DNA of 64,000 nucleotides from contig CBDBEV010000001.1 in assembly GCA_965204535.1 (NCBI GenBank), positions 1,696,001 through 1,760,000 of the forward strand, written 5' to 3'. The notes below the pieces were generated by a model that was not told where the DNA came from, did no database searches, and was given only the letters and a program-made list of their open reading frames with translations. This stretch comes from a bacterium (GTDB taxonomy: Bacteria; UBA8248). Below are positions 48,503 to 57,759 of this stretch, in pieces; the first letter of the stretch is position 1, and the number at the start of each line of letters is the position of its first letter. Made by a program: the position numbers and the translations under genes.

Positions 48503-49516
48503 ATGGGAACCTACACGCTGAGGCGGCTGCTCTTCGCCGTCCCCACGCTTCTCTTCATCAGCCTCGTCATATTCCTGCTCCTGGACCTCGCCCCCACCGA
48601 CCCCACGGCGAACCTCCCCCTCACGATTCCGCCCGAGGTGCGCCAGAAAATCCGCGAATCCTTAGGATTGGGCCAGCCCATCCACGTCCGCTACCTGCTG
48701 TGGTGCAAGCAGTTTTTCATCAACGAACCGCTGAACGTGCTCGACGCCCTGCTCGGCTACGCGGGCGATTCCGATCGGCTCCGCGTGCTGAGCTGGCAGA
48801 CGCGCTCCCCGGTCGTGGACTTGATCGTCGAGCGCCTGCCGCAGACCCTCTGGGTCGTGGGGCTCTCCTACGTCATCGGCGTCCTGATCGCGATACCCAT
48901 CGGCATCGTCTCCGCCTACCGGCAATACAGCTGGTTCGACCAGATCGGCACCTTCGTCTCCACCGTGGGGTTCTCGGTGCCGACGTTTTTCACCGGCGTG
49001 TTGCTGATCGTGGTGTTCTCCGTCGGCCTCGGCTGGTTCCCCTCCATCTACGACACCACGCACCGCGTGACGGACTGGGGCAGCTTTCTCGTCCAGGCGC
49101 GGCAGATGGCGATGCCCGTCTTCGTGCTCGCCCTCTACAACGCGGCGCAGATCGCCCGCTTCATGCGCGCCTCCATGCTCGAGAACCTGGGCCAAGACTA
49201 CGTGCGCACCGCGCGGGGCAAGGGTTTTCACGAACGAAGGATTCTCTTCGTCCACGTCCTGCGCAACTCGATGATCCCCGTCGTCACCATCATCGCGCTC
49301 GGCGTGCCGCAGGTGTTCGGCGGCGCGATCATCACCGAGCAGATATTCAAGGTGAACGGGCTGGGGCAGCTGCTCATCGTCGCCATTCAGGGGGGGGATC
49401 TCCCGACCGTGCAGACGCTCACCTTCATCTTCGCGGGGCTGATCGTGGCGTTCAACCTCGTCGCCGACGTCCTCTACGGGGTTCTGGACCCCACCATCCG
49501 CTATGACCAGCGCTAG
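48503..49516 (+). CDS. Peptide ABC transporter permease (OppB/DppB-like)
   Basis: RASMLENLGQDYVRTARGKG; GGAIITEQIF. Confidence 0.92.
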   Translation: MGTYTLRRLLFAVPTLLFISLVIFLLLDLAPTDPTANLPLTIPPEVRQKIRESLGLGQPIHVRYLLWCKQFFINEPLNVLDALLGYAGDSDRLRVLSWQTRSPVVDLIVERLPQTLWVVGLSYVIGVLIAIPIGIVSAYRQYSWFDQIGTFVSTVGFSVPTFFTGVLLIVVFSVGLGWFPSIYDTTHRVTDWGSFLVQARQMAMPVFVLALYNAAQIARFMRASMLENLGQDYVRTARGKGFHERRILFVHVLRNSMIPVVTIIALGVPQVFGGAIITEQIFKVNGLGQLLIVAIQGGDLPTVQTLTFIFAGLIVAFNLVADVLYGVLDPTIRYDQR

Positions 49517-50375
49517 GCGCGGGGCATGGGCGCAGTTCCGCACCCACCGGGGAGCGGTGACAGGGGCGGGGATTCTGCTCCTCGCAGCCCTCGCCGTGGT
49601 GTTCGGCCCGCACCTGTGGAGCATCGACCCACACCTCATCGACATCCGCGCGCGCAATCAGGGAATCAGCCTCGCCCACCCTTTAGGCGCCGACCGCCTG
49701 GGCCGCGACACCCTGGCCCGCATGTTGGCGGGAGGCCGCGTCTCGCTCGCGGTGGCGGGCGCCGCCATGGGTCTGGCGCTTTCTCTGGGCGCGGTAATCG
49801 GTGTGGTCTCGGGCTACTTCAGGCGGCTCGACGGCCCGCTCATGCGGCTGACCGATCTCTTCCTCGCGCTGCCGCTCCTGCCCCTGCTGCTGGTGATCAT
49901 CGCGCTGTTCCGGGACGCCCTGCGCGCCGCCTTCGGCCCCGAGACCGGCATCTTCATCCTCATCGCCTCGGTCATCGGCCTGACCTCGTGGATGAAGACC
50001 GCCCGCATCGTGCGCGGCGAGGTGCTCGCTCTTAAGGAGCGCGAGTTCGTCCTCGCCTCGGGCGCGATGGGAGCGCCGGCGGGGCGCATCATCTTCCGCC
50101 ACATCCTGCCGGGCGTCGTCTCGCCCATCATGATATCGGCGGCCTTGGGCGTGGGCGACGCCATCATCACCGAATCGGCCCTCTCGTTCCTGGGGCTTGG
50201 CTTTCCGCCGGATTTCCCCACGTGGGGGAGGCTGCTCTACGACTCGACCGACTACCTCCAGCAATACCCCGGGCGCGTCCTCTGGCCCGGCCTCGCGATA
50301 TCGCTTACCGTGCTGAGCATCAACTACGTGGGAGACGGACTGCGCGACGCGCTCGACCCCCGGGCGCGGGGTTGA
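49503..50375 (+). CDS. Peptide ABC transporter permease (OppC/DppC-like)
   Basis: HPLGADRLGRD; ESALSFLGLG; GDGLRDALDP. Confidence 0.92.
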   Translation: MTSARRGAWAQFRTHRGAVTGAGILLLAALAVVFGPHLWSIDPHLIDIRARNQGISLAHPLGADRLGRDTLARMLAGGRVSLAVAGAAMGLALSLGAVIGVVSGYFRRLDGPLMRLTDLFLALPLLPLLLVIIALFRDALRAAFGPETGIFILIASVIGLTSWMKTARIVRGEVLALKEREFVLASGAMGAPAGRIIFRHILPGVVSPIMISAALGVGDAIITESALSFLGLGFPPDFPTWGRLLYDSTDYLQQYPGRVLWPGLAISLTVLSINYVGDGLRDALDPRARG

Positions 50376-50541
50376 GCCCCGCCGTTATCGCGCGCTCTCT
50401 CTTGCGGGCCGAAACCCGCTTTCAAACTTGCGCGGAAGGGTGACCTCTGGCACGATTCGGTCTCGGCGGAACACTCTAAAAACATTTAGGCGCGCCGGCC
50501 CGGAGGCTCTCTCCGGCGGCCCTCGGAACAGGAACACCGAT

Positions 50542-50988
50542 ATGGCTGAAAACGTCACTTTCATCTGCCCCGCGTGCGGAATAACCGAACTGCCGCTCGA
50601 CGGTGTGGACGATCCGAACGACATCCTCTACATCCAGCTCGCGGAGATGGACACCTGCGACGAGGCGGCTACCGCACAATTCATATACGGCGACTCTTTC
50701 ACCAAGGGCTTCGGCGGCTTTGTGCGCGACGTGAACGCAGAAGGCGAGGAGCGCCAGCGGTGGGTTCCCCCGAGGGCGGTGATCGCCTATCACTTCGCGA
50801 GAAACGAGGAGCGCATCGGCCATGCGGAGCCCATGAGCGACTTCTACCCCCAGCCGCTCTACCGCAACCTCTCGAAGGGCGACGGTATCGAGAACATATT
50901 CGTCGCCATGGCCTTCCTGCCCCACAACGAGTCCATGACGCCCGAGATGCGCGCGCGGGGGGAAGCCCTCGCCAAGTCTTTGGGGTAG
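50542..50988 (+). CDS. Hypothetical protein with N-terminal CxxC
   Basis: MAENVTFICPACG; host-like codon usage. Confidence 0.6.
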   Translation: MAENVTFICPACGITELPLDGVDDPNDILYIQLAEMDTCDEAATAQFIYGDSFTKGFGGFVRDVNAEGEERQRWVPPRAVIAYHFARNEERIGHAEPMSDFYPQPLYRNLSKGDGIENIFVAMAFLPHNESMTPEMRARGEALAKSLG

Positions 50989-51011
50989 GGGGCTTTGGAT
51001 AATCCGGTTTC

Positions 51012-51400
51012 GTAGGGGCGGCCCCCTGTGGCCGCCCTAACTTCGTGAAGCACCCGTTTCTTAGCGATGGGCCATTCACGAATGTGCGGATTTTGCTCGT
51101 CATTCCGGCGCATGCCGGAATCCAGAACCGAGGAGAAAGGCGATGTTACGGCTTTTCATCCTCCTCTCATCTGAAGGAATCCAAAAGAAAATATAAACAA
51201 AGGCGAAACCCCTGGATTCCGGCATTCGCCGGAATGACCGCAATGAACCACTCCGTGCGGCCATTCGAATAGACACTCCCGATATGGGCAGCCACGGGAA
51301 GCAGGGCGGCCACAGGGGGCCGCCCCTACGGGTTGTTTCGGCTTACGCGGTTTCCGTAGGGACAGGCCCCCGTGCCTGTCCTTTATCCCGGGACAACCAC
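51012..51400. repeat. REP-like composite (GTAG-type REPs flanking a CATTCCGGC..GCCGGAAT pair)
   Basis: GTAGGGGCGGCCCCCTGTGGCCGCCCT and its inverse at ~51303-51329; GTCATTCCGGCGCATGCCGGAATCCAG and its inverse at ~51213-51239. Confidence 0.75.
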
Positions 51401-51446
51401 GGGGGCAAATATATGCAACTATTAAAACAACCCCGCCAGCGAGTGT

Positions 51447-51719
51447 CTAATCCCCGCCCACCAGCCGGTTGTATATCCACGCCAGGATCGTGAAGAAGAA
51501 AAAGCCTATCGCGAACCCCCAGGCCGCGCCGATGATCGCGCCCGGATAGGTGGGGGAAACGCCCGGGTAGAAATCGGCAATCAGCCTCAGCATATCCCCG
51601 CCCACGCCGAACAGCGCGCCCAGAAAGGCGTAGAAGAAAAACATGGCCCCGTAGATGATGCCGGCGGCCAGTCCGAATTTCACGGCGTCCAGTTTCACGT
51701 CGAATCTCCCTGGTGACAT
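51447..51719 (-). CDS. Small two-TM membrane protein (holin-like family)
   Basis: FGLAAGIIYG...YPG...GAIIGAAWGFAIGFF...WIYN. Confidence 0.7.
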   Translation of the reverse strand: MSPGRFDVKLDAVKFGLAAGIIYGAMFFFYAFLGALFGVGGDMLRLIADFYPGVSPTYPGAIIGAAWGFAIGFFFFTILAWIYNRLVGGD

Positions 51720-51858
51720 GGAAATACGCTCCTACATACGCTATTCAATATAAGTCCACAGAAGCATCCCGGCAAAACCACCCGCGAGCCCCAGAGGGGG
51801 CCGCCCGCAATCATCTTGGATGGGCGCATCGCCCGTCCCAACACAGGAGGTCGATTTG

Positions 51859-52236
51859 ATGAGCGAAGAAACACGCCTCGAAAGAGGACTCAAAACCCGC
51901 GCGCGTATATTCGGCGAAGAAGGCGAAGAGAGGCGACAGGCGTTCGCGGAGGCGAGCCCCGCGTTCGCGCAGTTCGTCACCGAATCCGTGTACGGCGATC
52001 TGTACGCGCGCGACGGCATCGACGACAAGACCCGCGAGACCGTGATCCTCTCCGTCCTGTGCGCCCAGGGCCGGGACAGGGAGTTCGGCTACCACGCCAA
52101 GGCGGCGCTTCGCATCGGCATGACGAAAGAGGAAATTCAGGAGATCATCCTGATATGCGCGATCTATGCGGGCGCTCCCAACGCCGTGGGCGCGACGGAC
52201 GAGTCGCTGCGCGTGTTCAAGGAGTTCGGCGCCTAG
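51859..52236 (+). CDS. Carboxymuconolactone decarboxylase family protein
   Basis: YGDLYARDGIDDKTRE...HAKAALRIGMTKEEIQE...YAGAP. Confidence 0.88.
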   Translation: MSEETRLERGLKTRARIFGEEGEERRQAFAEASPAFAQFVTESVYGDLYARDGIDDKTRETVILSVLCAQGRDREFGYHAKAALRIGMTKEEIQEIILICAIYAGAPNAVGATDESLRVFKEFGA

Positions 52237-52242
52237 GCGGCG

Positions 52243-53274
52243 CTAGTCGGGACCCAGGACGTCCCGTATCTTCTCAGCGAGCGCGGTGGTGATGAGCCTC
52301 GCTGCCTCCTCGAGCGGGGGCCGCATGCGCGCGCCCGCGGCGAAGGCGTGGCCGCCGCCGCCGAAGGTGCGCGCGACGTCGTGAATCTCCACGCGGCCCT
52401 TCGAGCGCAGGCTCACGCGGATGCGCCCGTTTTCGAGTTCGGAGAAAAAGGCGATGACCTCGACGGACTCTATCGAGCGGGGAACCGAAATGTATTCCTC
52501 CGTCTCGGAGCGCGAGACCCCGAATCTGTCGAGTTCCTGCGCGCTCAGGGTGAACCAGGCGAGGCGTCCCCCGCAGTCGAGCGCCATGCGGCTCATCAGC
52601 GTGCCCAGCAGCTTCAACGAGCCCGCGCCGTTCGATTCCCAGAAGATCGAGTAGGCCTCCCCGGGGCTCGCGCCGAGTTCCACCAGGCGCGCCGCCCAGT
52701 TCAGCGTGCGCTTCGACGTGTTCGTGAAGCGGAACTGGCCCGTGTCGTAGACGAGGGCCGCCATGAGCGCGCGGGTGATGAGCAGGTCATCGAACGAATA
52801 GCCCTCCTCGTCCAGATAGTCGGCTATCATCTCGCCCACCGCCGCGGCTTCCGCGTCGATGACGGAGGGGCAGTCGATGTTGTCCTCTTCCCTGATGTGG
52901 TGATCGATGACGGCCAGGGGCAGCCCGGCGGACATGAGCGGCTCCTCCAGCCTGCCCAGACGGCTCGCCTTGCCCGTGTCGAGGATGAGGCAGGCATCGA
53001 AGCGCTCCGCCCAGTCTTCCTGCGCGAGAAGATCCTTCCGCGCGCGGACGAGGCCCTCCGGATCAAAAGGCGCGACGAAGACGGGCACCTTGTCCTCGGT
53101 GACGACGGTGGCGTGTTTGCCGATCGCCTTGAGATAGCGGCTGAGCGCAAGGCAAGCGAGGAGGCCGTCGCCGTCCGGCCCGATGTGGGTGAGCAACAAG
53201 AAGCGATCGTGTCGTGCGAGGAAATCTCTTAAAGGCTGAAACCGGCTCGGGCCAGGCGTTTGCTCCTTACTCAT
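52243..53274 (-). CDS. nrnA: DHH/DHHA1 phosphoesterase (NrnA-like)
   Basis: THIGPDGD, ILD, IDHH, DTGQF, SLRS, GGGHAFAAG. Confidence 0.88.
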   Translation of the reverse strand: MSKEQTPGPSRFQPLRDFLARHDRFLLLTHIGPDGDGLLACLALSRYLKAIGKHATVVTEDKVPVFVAPFDPEGLVRARKDLLAQEDWAERFDACLILDTGKASRLGRLEEPLMSAGLPLAVIDHHIREEDNIDCPSVIDAEAAAVGEMIADYLDEEGYSFDDLLITRALMAALVYDTGQFRFTNTSKRTLNWAARLVELGASPGEAYSIFWESNGAGSLKLLGTLMSRMALDCGGRLAWFTLSAQELDRFGVSRSETEEYISVPRSIESVEVIAFFSELENGRIRVSLRSKGRVEIHDVARTFGGGGHAFAAGARMRPPLEEAARLITTALAEKIRDVLGPD

Positions 53275-53287
53275 ACGCTTTCCGTGC

Positions 53288-54460
53288 TCATGCGGATGGT
53301 TCCAGGCCCACGCGGTGGATCTGGCGCAGAACGTAGCTCCTGATCTCCTTTGCCGAAGGCGCGGAGTCAGCGCGCTCGCCGCCTTTCATCACATCTGCGA
53401 GCAGTTGCTCCATCACGCCGCCGCAGGACGCGCAATCGCCGTAGGGCTTGTCGATGGGGATGACGCGCTCCGCCCCGCAGTCGCGGCAGCGCAGCAGATG
53501 TTTCGCGCCCGGCTGCTTGCCGCGCTTGGCGATAGCCTCGCCGTCCACCTCGACGATGTCCATCGAGAAATCGATCGTGGCTGCGGCGCTGACGGACGTG
53601 CCCACGCCGTAGCCGCCGTCCACCACGGGGTTGAGTTCCAGAATCTTCTGCTCGTCCAGCCCCCCGCTCACGAAGAGCTTCACGTGCGGGAAGCCGGCGC
53701 GGTCGAGCTCCCAGCGGATTTCTTCCAGAATCTGGTAGATATTCCCCCGTCTGGAAGCCGGCATATCCACCCGCACCGCCGAGAGGCGATCGGTCAGCGC
53801 GCGCGCCGCCTCCAGGGTTTCGAACCGTTCGTCCCCGAAGGTGTCCACGAGTGCGACGCGGCCCACCTCCGGCTCGATGACTTCGTCGAACGCCTTCGCC
53901 GCGGGCACGAGACCGCCCATGAGGATCACCAGCGCGTGGGGCATCGTGCCCGCCGCCGGAATCTCGAGAAGCTCGGCGCCCTTGACGAGGGCGACGCCGT
54001 CGCAGCCGCCGACGTAGGCCGCGCGCTCGACCATCGGCGCGATGGCGGGGTGTATCCTGCGCGCGCCGAAGCTCACGAGCTGCCTTCCCTCCGCCGCGAT
54101 GCGGCAACGCGCCGCCTTGGTGGCGACCCCGCTCGCCTGGCACATCAGCCCCAGGATGGGGGTCTCCAGCCTGCAGAAATCGTTGTAGGTTCCTGTAATT
54201 TCCAGAACCGGCTGCGAGGGCCGGAAAACCGTTCCCTCGGGCACCGCGCGGACGTCCACGGGAAATCCTTCGAGTAAGCGCAGGATTTCCTCCAGCCCCG
54301 TAAACACGCCCCAGCCCGAGGGGAGTGATTTGGCCGCGAACTCCGCGCGCACGTTTTTTCTGATGCCTTTTGCTTCGAGAATCTTGAGGGTTCGCCCGAA
54401 ATAGACGTCCGCCACCTTGCCGGAGCGGATGTCGTCGAAATCGGCGGTGAAAAGACGCAA
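53288..54460 (-). CDS. pncB: Nicotinate phosphoribosyltransferase
   Basis: DVYF, SFGARR, GTMPH, LVDTF, VRVD, SGGLD, GVGT. Confidence 0.9.
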   Translation of the reverse strand: MRLFTADFDDIRSGKVADVYFGRTLKILEAKGIRKNVRAEFAAKSLPSGWGVFTGLEEILRLLEGFPVDVRAVPEGTVFRPSQPVLEITGTYNDFCRLETPILGLMCQASGVATKAARCRIAAEGRQLVSFGARRIHPAIAPMVERAAYVGGCDGVALVKGAELLEIPAAGTMPHALVILMGGLVPAAKAFDEVIEPEVGRVALVDTFGDERFETLEAARALTDRLSAVRVDMPASRRGNIYQILEEIRWELDRAGFPHVKLFVSGGLDEQKILELNPVVDGGYGVGTSVSAAATIDFSMDIVEVDGEAIAKRGKQPGAKHLLRCRDCGAERVIPIDKPYGDCASCGGVMEQLLADVMKGGERADSAPSAKEIRSYVLRQIHRVGLEPSA

Positions 54461-54485
54461 AAGAGGATTCCGCCAGGGAAACCCG

Positions 54486-55040
54486 CTATTCGGCGGGCGC
54501 CGTCTCGGCGGGAGTCTCGGGCTCGGGCCGCATGTCCGCTTCCTCGTTCCTCAAGCCGAACAGCTTGCCCCACGGCCTGGGGCCGGTGTAGTTCACCTCT
54601 TTCTCCCAGACGTCGTAGAGGCGCTCTTTCTCGTAGACGAGATCGTCGCGGAAATAGCCGGGCGTCTCGTACTGGTGGGTGTGGACGATGGATTTGGGCG
54701 TCGTGGGGCACGCCTCGGTGCAGAGCCCGCAGTACATGCAGCGCATGTAGTCGATGTAGAACTCCTTGGCGTACATCTCGCGGCCCTTGCCCGCCGTGAC
54801 GATGGTGATGCAGTCGACCGGACAGGCCTTCTCGCAGTTCAGGCAGCCGATGCAGAGCTCCTCGCCCGTCTTGAAGTCGCGCGTCAGCCCCAGGAATCCG
54901 CGAAAGCGCTCGGGCGGCTCCCAGCGCTCCGTCGGGTATTGCAGCGTGACGGGCTTTTTGAACATGTGCCGCAGCGTGGCGGACATGCCCTTCACGATGT
55001 CCCAGAGAAAGAACTTCTGGATCCCCCTGGTGAACTCCAT
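54486..55040 (-). CDS. nuoI: NADH-quinone oxidoreductase subunit I
   Basis: VTLQYP...RFRG; CIGCLNCEKACP and CMYCGLCTEACP. Confidence 0.88.
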   Translation of the reverse strand: MEFTRGIQKFFLWDIVKGMSATLRHMFKKPVTLQYPTERWEPPERFRGFLGLTRDFKTGEELCIGCLNCEKACPVDCITIVTAGKGREMYAKEFYIDYMRCMYCGLCTEACPTTPKSIVHTHQYETPGYFRDDLVYEKERLYDVWEKEVNYTGPRPWGKLFGLRNEEADMRPEPETPAETAPAE

Positions 55041-55062
55041 TTCCCTCTCCTCGCCTTGTGCT

Positions 55063-56019
55063 CTAGGAAGCCGCCGCGGCGGCCTTCTTGGCCTCTTCCT
55101 GGGCTTCGAGATATTTCTCCGCCGCCACCGCCGCCGTCGTCGCGTCGCCCGACGCGTTGGTGATCTGGCGGATCAACTGGCTTCTGCAGTCACCGGCCAC
55201 GAACAGGCCCGGAACGTTCGTCTCCATGTTCTGGTCCGTCAGGATGAAGCCGGCATCGTCTTTCTCCACATGATCTTTTATCAAATCCGTGTTCGGAATA
55301 AAACCGATGAAGACGAACAGGCCGGTGGCGTCGAGTTCTTTCGTCTCGCCGGTCTTCACGTTCTTGATGCGCAGCTTCTTCATCTCCCGATCATCGCCCA
55401 CCACTTCCTCGGCCACATAGTCGGTGATGATCTCGACTTTCGGGTTCTCGCGAATCTTGTCCACCAGCACCGCATGGGCGCGGAACTGATCGCGGCGGTG
55501 GATGATGTAGACCTTCGTGCCGAACTTCGTGAGGAACTGTCCCTCTTCCACGGCGCTGTTCCCGCCGCCCACGACGGTGATGACCTCATCCTGAAAGAAC
55601 GCGCCGTCGCAAAGCGCGCAGTAGCTCACGCCCTTGCCGGCGTATTTCTCCTCGCCCGGAATGCCGAGTTTTCTCGGATAGCCGCCGGGGGTGTAGATCA
55701 CCGCCCCGCAGCGGCGCACGCCCATGTCGGTCGTGACGAGGAAATCATCCCCGTCCTTTTTGACCTCCTGAACTTCTTCCATTTCGATGTTGAGGCCGAA
55801 CTTCATGGCGTGATCGGCGAATTTGGCCGCCAGCTCCTGGCCGCCGACCAGCTCGAAGCCCGGGTAGTCTTCCACATGCTCGGTGTTGAGAATCTCGCCG
55901 CCCGGGGCGAGCTTTTCATAGCAAACCACGTTCAGCTTCGAACGCGCCGTATAAAGCCCCGCCGTCAGCCCGGCCGGCCCTGCACCTATGATGATGATTT
56001 CGAAATCACGCTCAGCCAC
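55063..56019 (-). CDS. trxB: Thioredoxin-disulfide reductase
   Basis: IIGAGPAG, GVSYCALCDG, GGGNSAVEE, HRRD, AGD. Confidence 0.95.
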   Translation of the reverse strand: MAERDFEIIIIGAGPAGLTAGLYTARSKLNVVCYEKLAPGGEILNTEHVEDYPGFELVGGQELAAKFADHAMKFGLNIEMEEVQEVKKDGDDFLVTTDMGVRRCGAVIYTPGGYPRKLGIPGEEKYAGKGVSYCALCDGAFFQDEVITVVGGGNSAVEEGQFLTKFGTKVYIIHRRDQFRAHAVLVDKIRENPKVEIITDYVAEEVVGDDREMKKLRIKNVKTGETKELDATGLFVFIGFIPNTDLIKDHVEKDDAGFILTDQNMETNVPGLFVAGDCRSQLIRQITNASGDATTAAVAAEKYLEAQEEAKKAAAAAS

Positions 56020-56073
56020 TACGACTCTCCAGAATTAAGGAAAAGGGATTATATACAATGTTGTTCCGAATGA

Positions 56074-56577
56074 CTAACCGGTCACGCCGTCATACGCCTC
56101 GTCAAGGGTCATCCTGTTTTGAAGGAGAGGCAGAAGGAAACCACGCGCCTCCCGCGCATACGCCTTGCCTTTTTGAGGCGTGGCGAAATAGATGCTCGCA
56201 TGTCCGGGATTGTCTTCCGCGGCCGTATCAACGACTACAAACGCCCTTTCGTCTTCCAGAAAAATCTGGCGAACCGCCAGAGTCTTTAATCTGGACACAC
56301 CCTCACTCGTCCAGGGTTCTTTCCTCTTTCTCGACAATCTCGTCTGTATGGATTTTTTCACGTATTCCTTTGAAACATATTTTATTCTATGAACGGAAAA
56401 GCCGTCTGCAACCAGTTCATTCACAGAAATTGCTCTTTCGATAACTTTCCCTTCTTCGTTGATATGTTGCGGATTGAACATTTCGCGAATCAGTTGTTCC
56501 TCGTCTTCAACGATTCCGGGGGAAATTTCGGGCGCAGCGCTTTTCGACTCATCGAGGTGCAATGTCGGGGACGGCAA
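56074..56577 (-). CDS. Hypothetical protein, possible ART/RES-like toxin
   Basis: Lower-GC ORF; LIR...FSVHR...DNPGHASI pattern; start uncertain. Confidence 0.55.
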   Translation of the reverse strand: MPSPTLHLDESKSAAPEISPGIVEDEEQLIREMFNPQHINEEGKVIERAISVNELVADGFSVHRIKYVSKEYVKKSIQTRLSRKRKEPWTSEGVSRLKTLAVRQIFLEDERAFVVVDTAAEDNPGHASIYFATPQKGKAYAREARGFLLPLLQNRMTLDEAYDGVTG

Positions 56578-56584
56578 CGTCTTG

Positions 56585-56977
56585 TCAGTTTTTGAACAAT
56601 GCTAGAATTTCACAGGGAAAGTCATCCGATACGAGAGCATCCTCTGCATAAATTTTGTTCCCCGATTTTCCGCGCGCAAAATAAGAATAGGAACCTGTCC
56701 CGTAAAACCCCAGATCGATGTGTACCCCGTCCTTTTTCCACAGAAAATTGATTTCCCCGTCATTGGCCAGCCCCATGTCAGGCATGGGAATCGAATCCAG
56801 CGGAAGTTTGCGGACGAACGCTTCCGCGTCCCGAAACGCCCGAGCCGTAGGCCGCGTTGCGCCCGGCCATCGCTCCTCCTCGGGCGTGTTTTCAAACTCC
56901 TTCAATTGCGCGAGCAACTCCCGATTCAATTTGCCAATTCGAGTCGGGCGGAAAGCCGCCTGCGGTTGAGAAACCAT
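56585..56977 (-). CDS. Hypothetical protein, possible antitoxin
   Basis: 130 aa, GGGAG SD, directly upstream of the previous ORF; DGEINFLW motif. Confidence 0.6.
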   Translation of the reverse strand: MVSQPQAAFRPTRIGKLNRELLAQLKEFENTPEEERWPGATRPTARAFRDAEAFVRKLPLDSIPMPDMGLANDGEINFLWKKDGVHIDLGFYGTGSYSYFARGKSGNKIYAEDALVSDDFPCEILALFKN

Positions 56978-57120
56978 CGGGGACTCCCTTTCGCTTCATC
57001 TTCCTGGATGCGCTCTCCATGAGCGCAATAACACTCTATCAAACAATCCATTGCGAAGAAAACAGGCCCGGCATTCCTTGTCCTTCGCTCGTTTTCCCGC
57101 GCCCCATCCGCCCTTTACGG

Positions 57121-57336
57121 CGCTGTTGAAAAACCTCTCTCCGCCTCATCCTGAGTAGCGGTGAAGCCGCGTATCGAAGGTGAAACGTGATTGACGAATG
57201 AGCGTTTGCTCTCGCCCGGCGCGAGGTGTTCGACTCCCCTCGCCCTTCGATACGCCGCCTTCGGCGGCTACTCAGGGTGAGGAAAGAGGCGTTGGCGGTT
57301 TGCGGGGGGCGTAGACGGGACTTTTTCAACAACCCC
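57121..57336. mobile_element. MITE-like element with TGTTGAAAAA termini and internal palindromes
   Basis: GCTGTTGAAAAAC ... CTTTTTCAACAACCCC; internal CCTCA.CCTGAGTAGC...GTATCGAAGG inverted pair; copy at 44541-44661. Confidence 0.7.
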
Positions 57337-57432
57337 TTTATAACTGTGGTCGATGGAACGAACGCGCCGCATTCCCTTTCAAGGCGGTGTTTTTAGAATC
57401 GCCCTCAGCCGGGGCAGGGAAGCGCCTCCCGT

Positions 57433-57675
57433 TTACGCGGCGAGTCCCAAAAGCTCCTGGAGCTTCGCCCGGTCGAAGCCGACCACCTTCTCCTCGCCGA
57501 TGAATACGACGGGCGTCGCCCGCATGTTCGCCCGCTGGAAGAGTTCCTCCAGGGCCTCTTCGTCCTGATCGACGAGTTTTTCCGTGTACGCCACGCCATG
57601 ATGGGAAAGAAACTCTTTCACCGCCTTGCACGGCGCTCAGAACGTGGACGAATAGACCGTCACTTCTTTCGACAT
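57433..57675 (-). CDS. Glutaredoxin/NrdH-like selenoprotein (UxxC)
   Basis: ATG at 57675 with GGGAGA SD gives MSKEVTVYSSTF-TGA-APCKAVKEFL...TPVVFIG...VGFD; the in-frame TGA (57637-57639) sits at the first Cys of CxxC. Confidence 0.85.
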
Positions 57676-57759
57676 CGCAATCTCCCTTCATGCCAACAGG
57701 AGCCGTCCCGGCGGCAGGGCGCGCCTCATGATCAATATCGTTCCGGGGGGTGTTTTGCG

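Noticed and set aside
51012-51400. CRISPR array
   Set aside because: Repeats are inverted palindromic pairs without regular repeat-spacer periodicity, and no cas genes are present
51447-51719. Prophage lysis gene
   Set aside because: No endolysin or other phage genes nearby; core-like context
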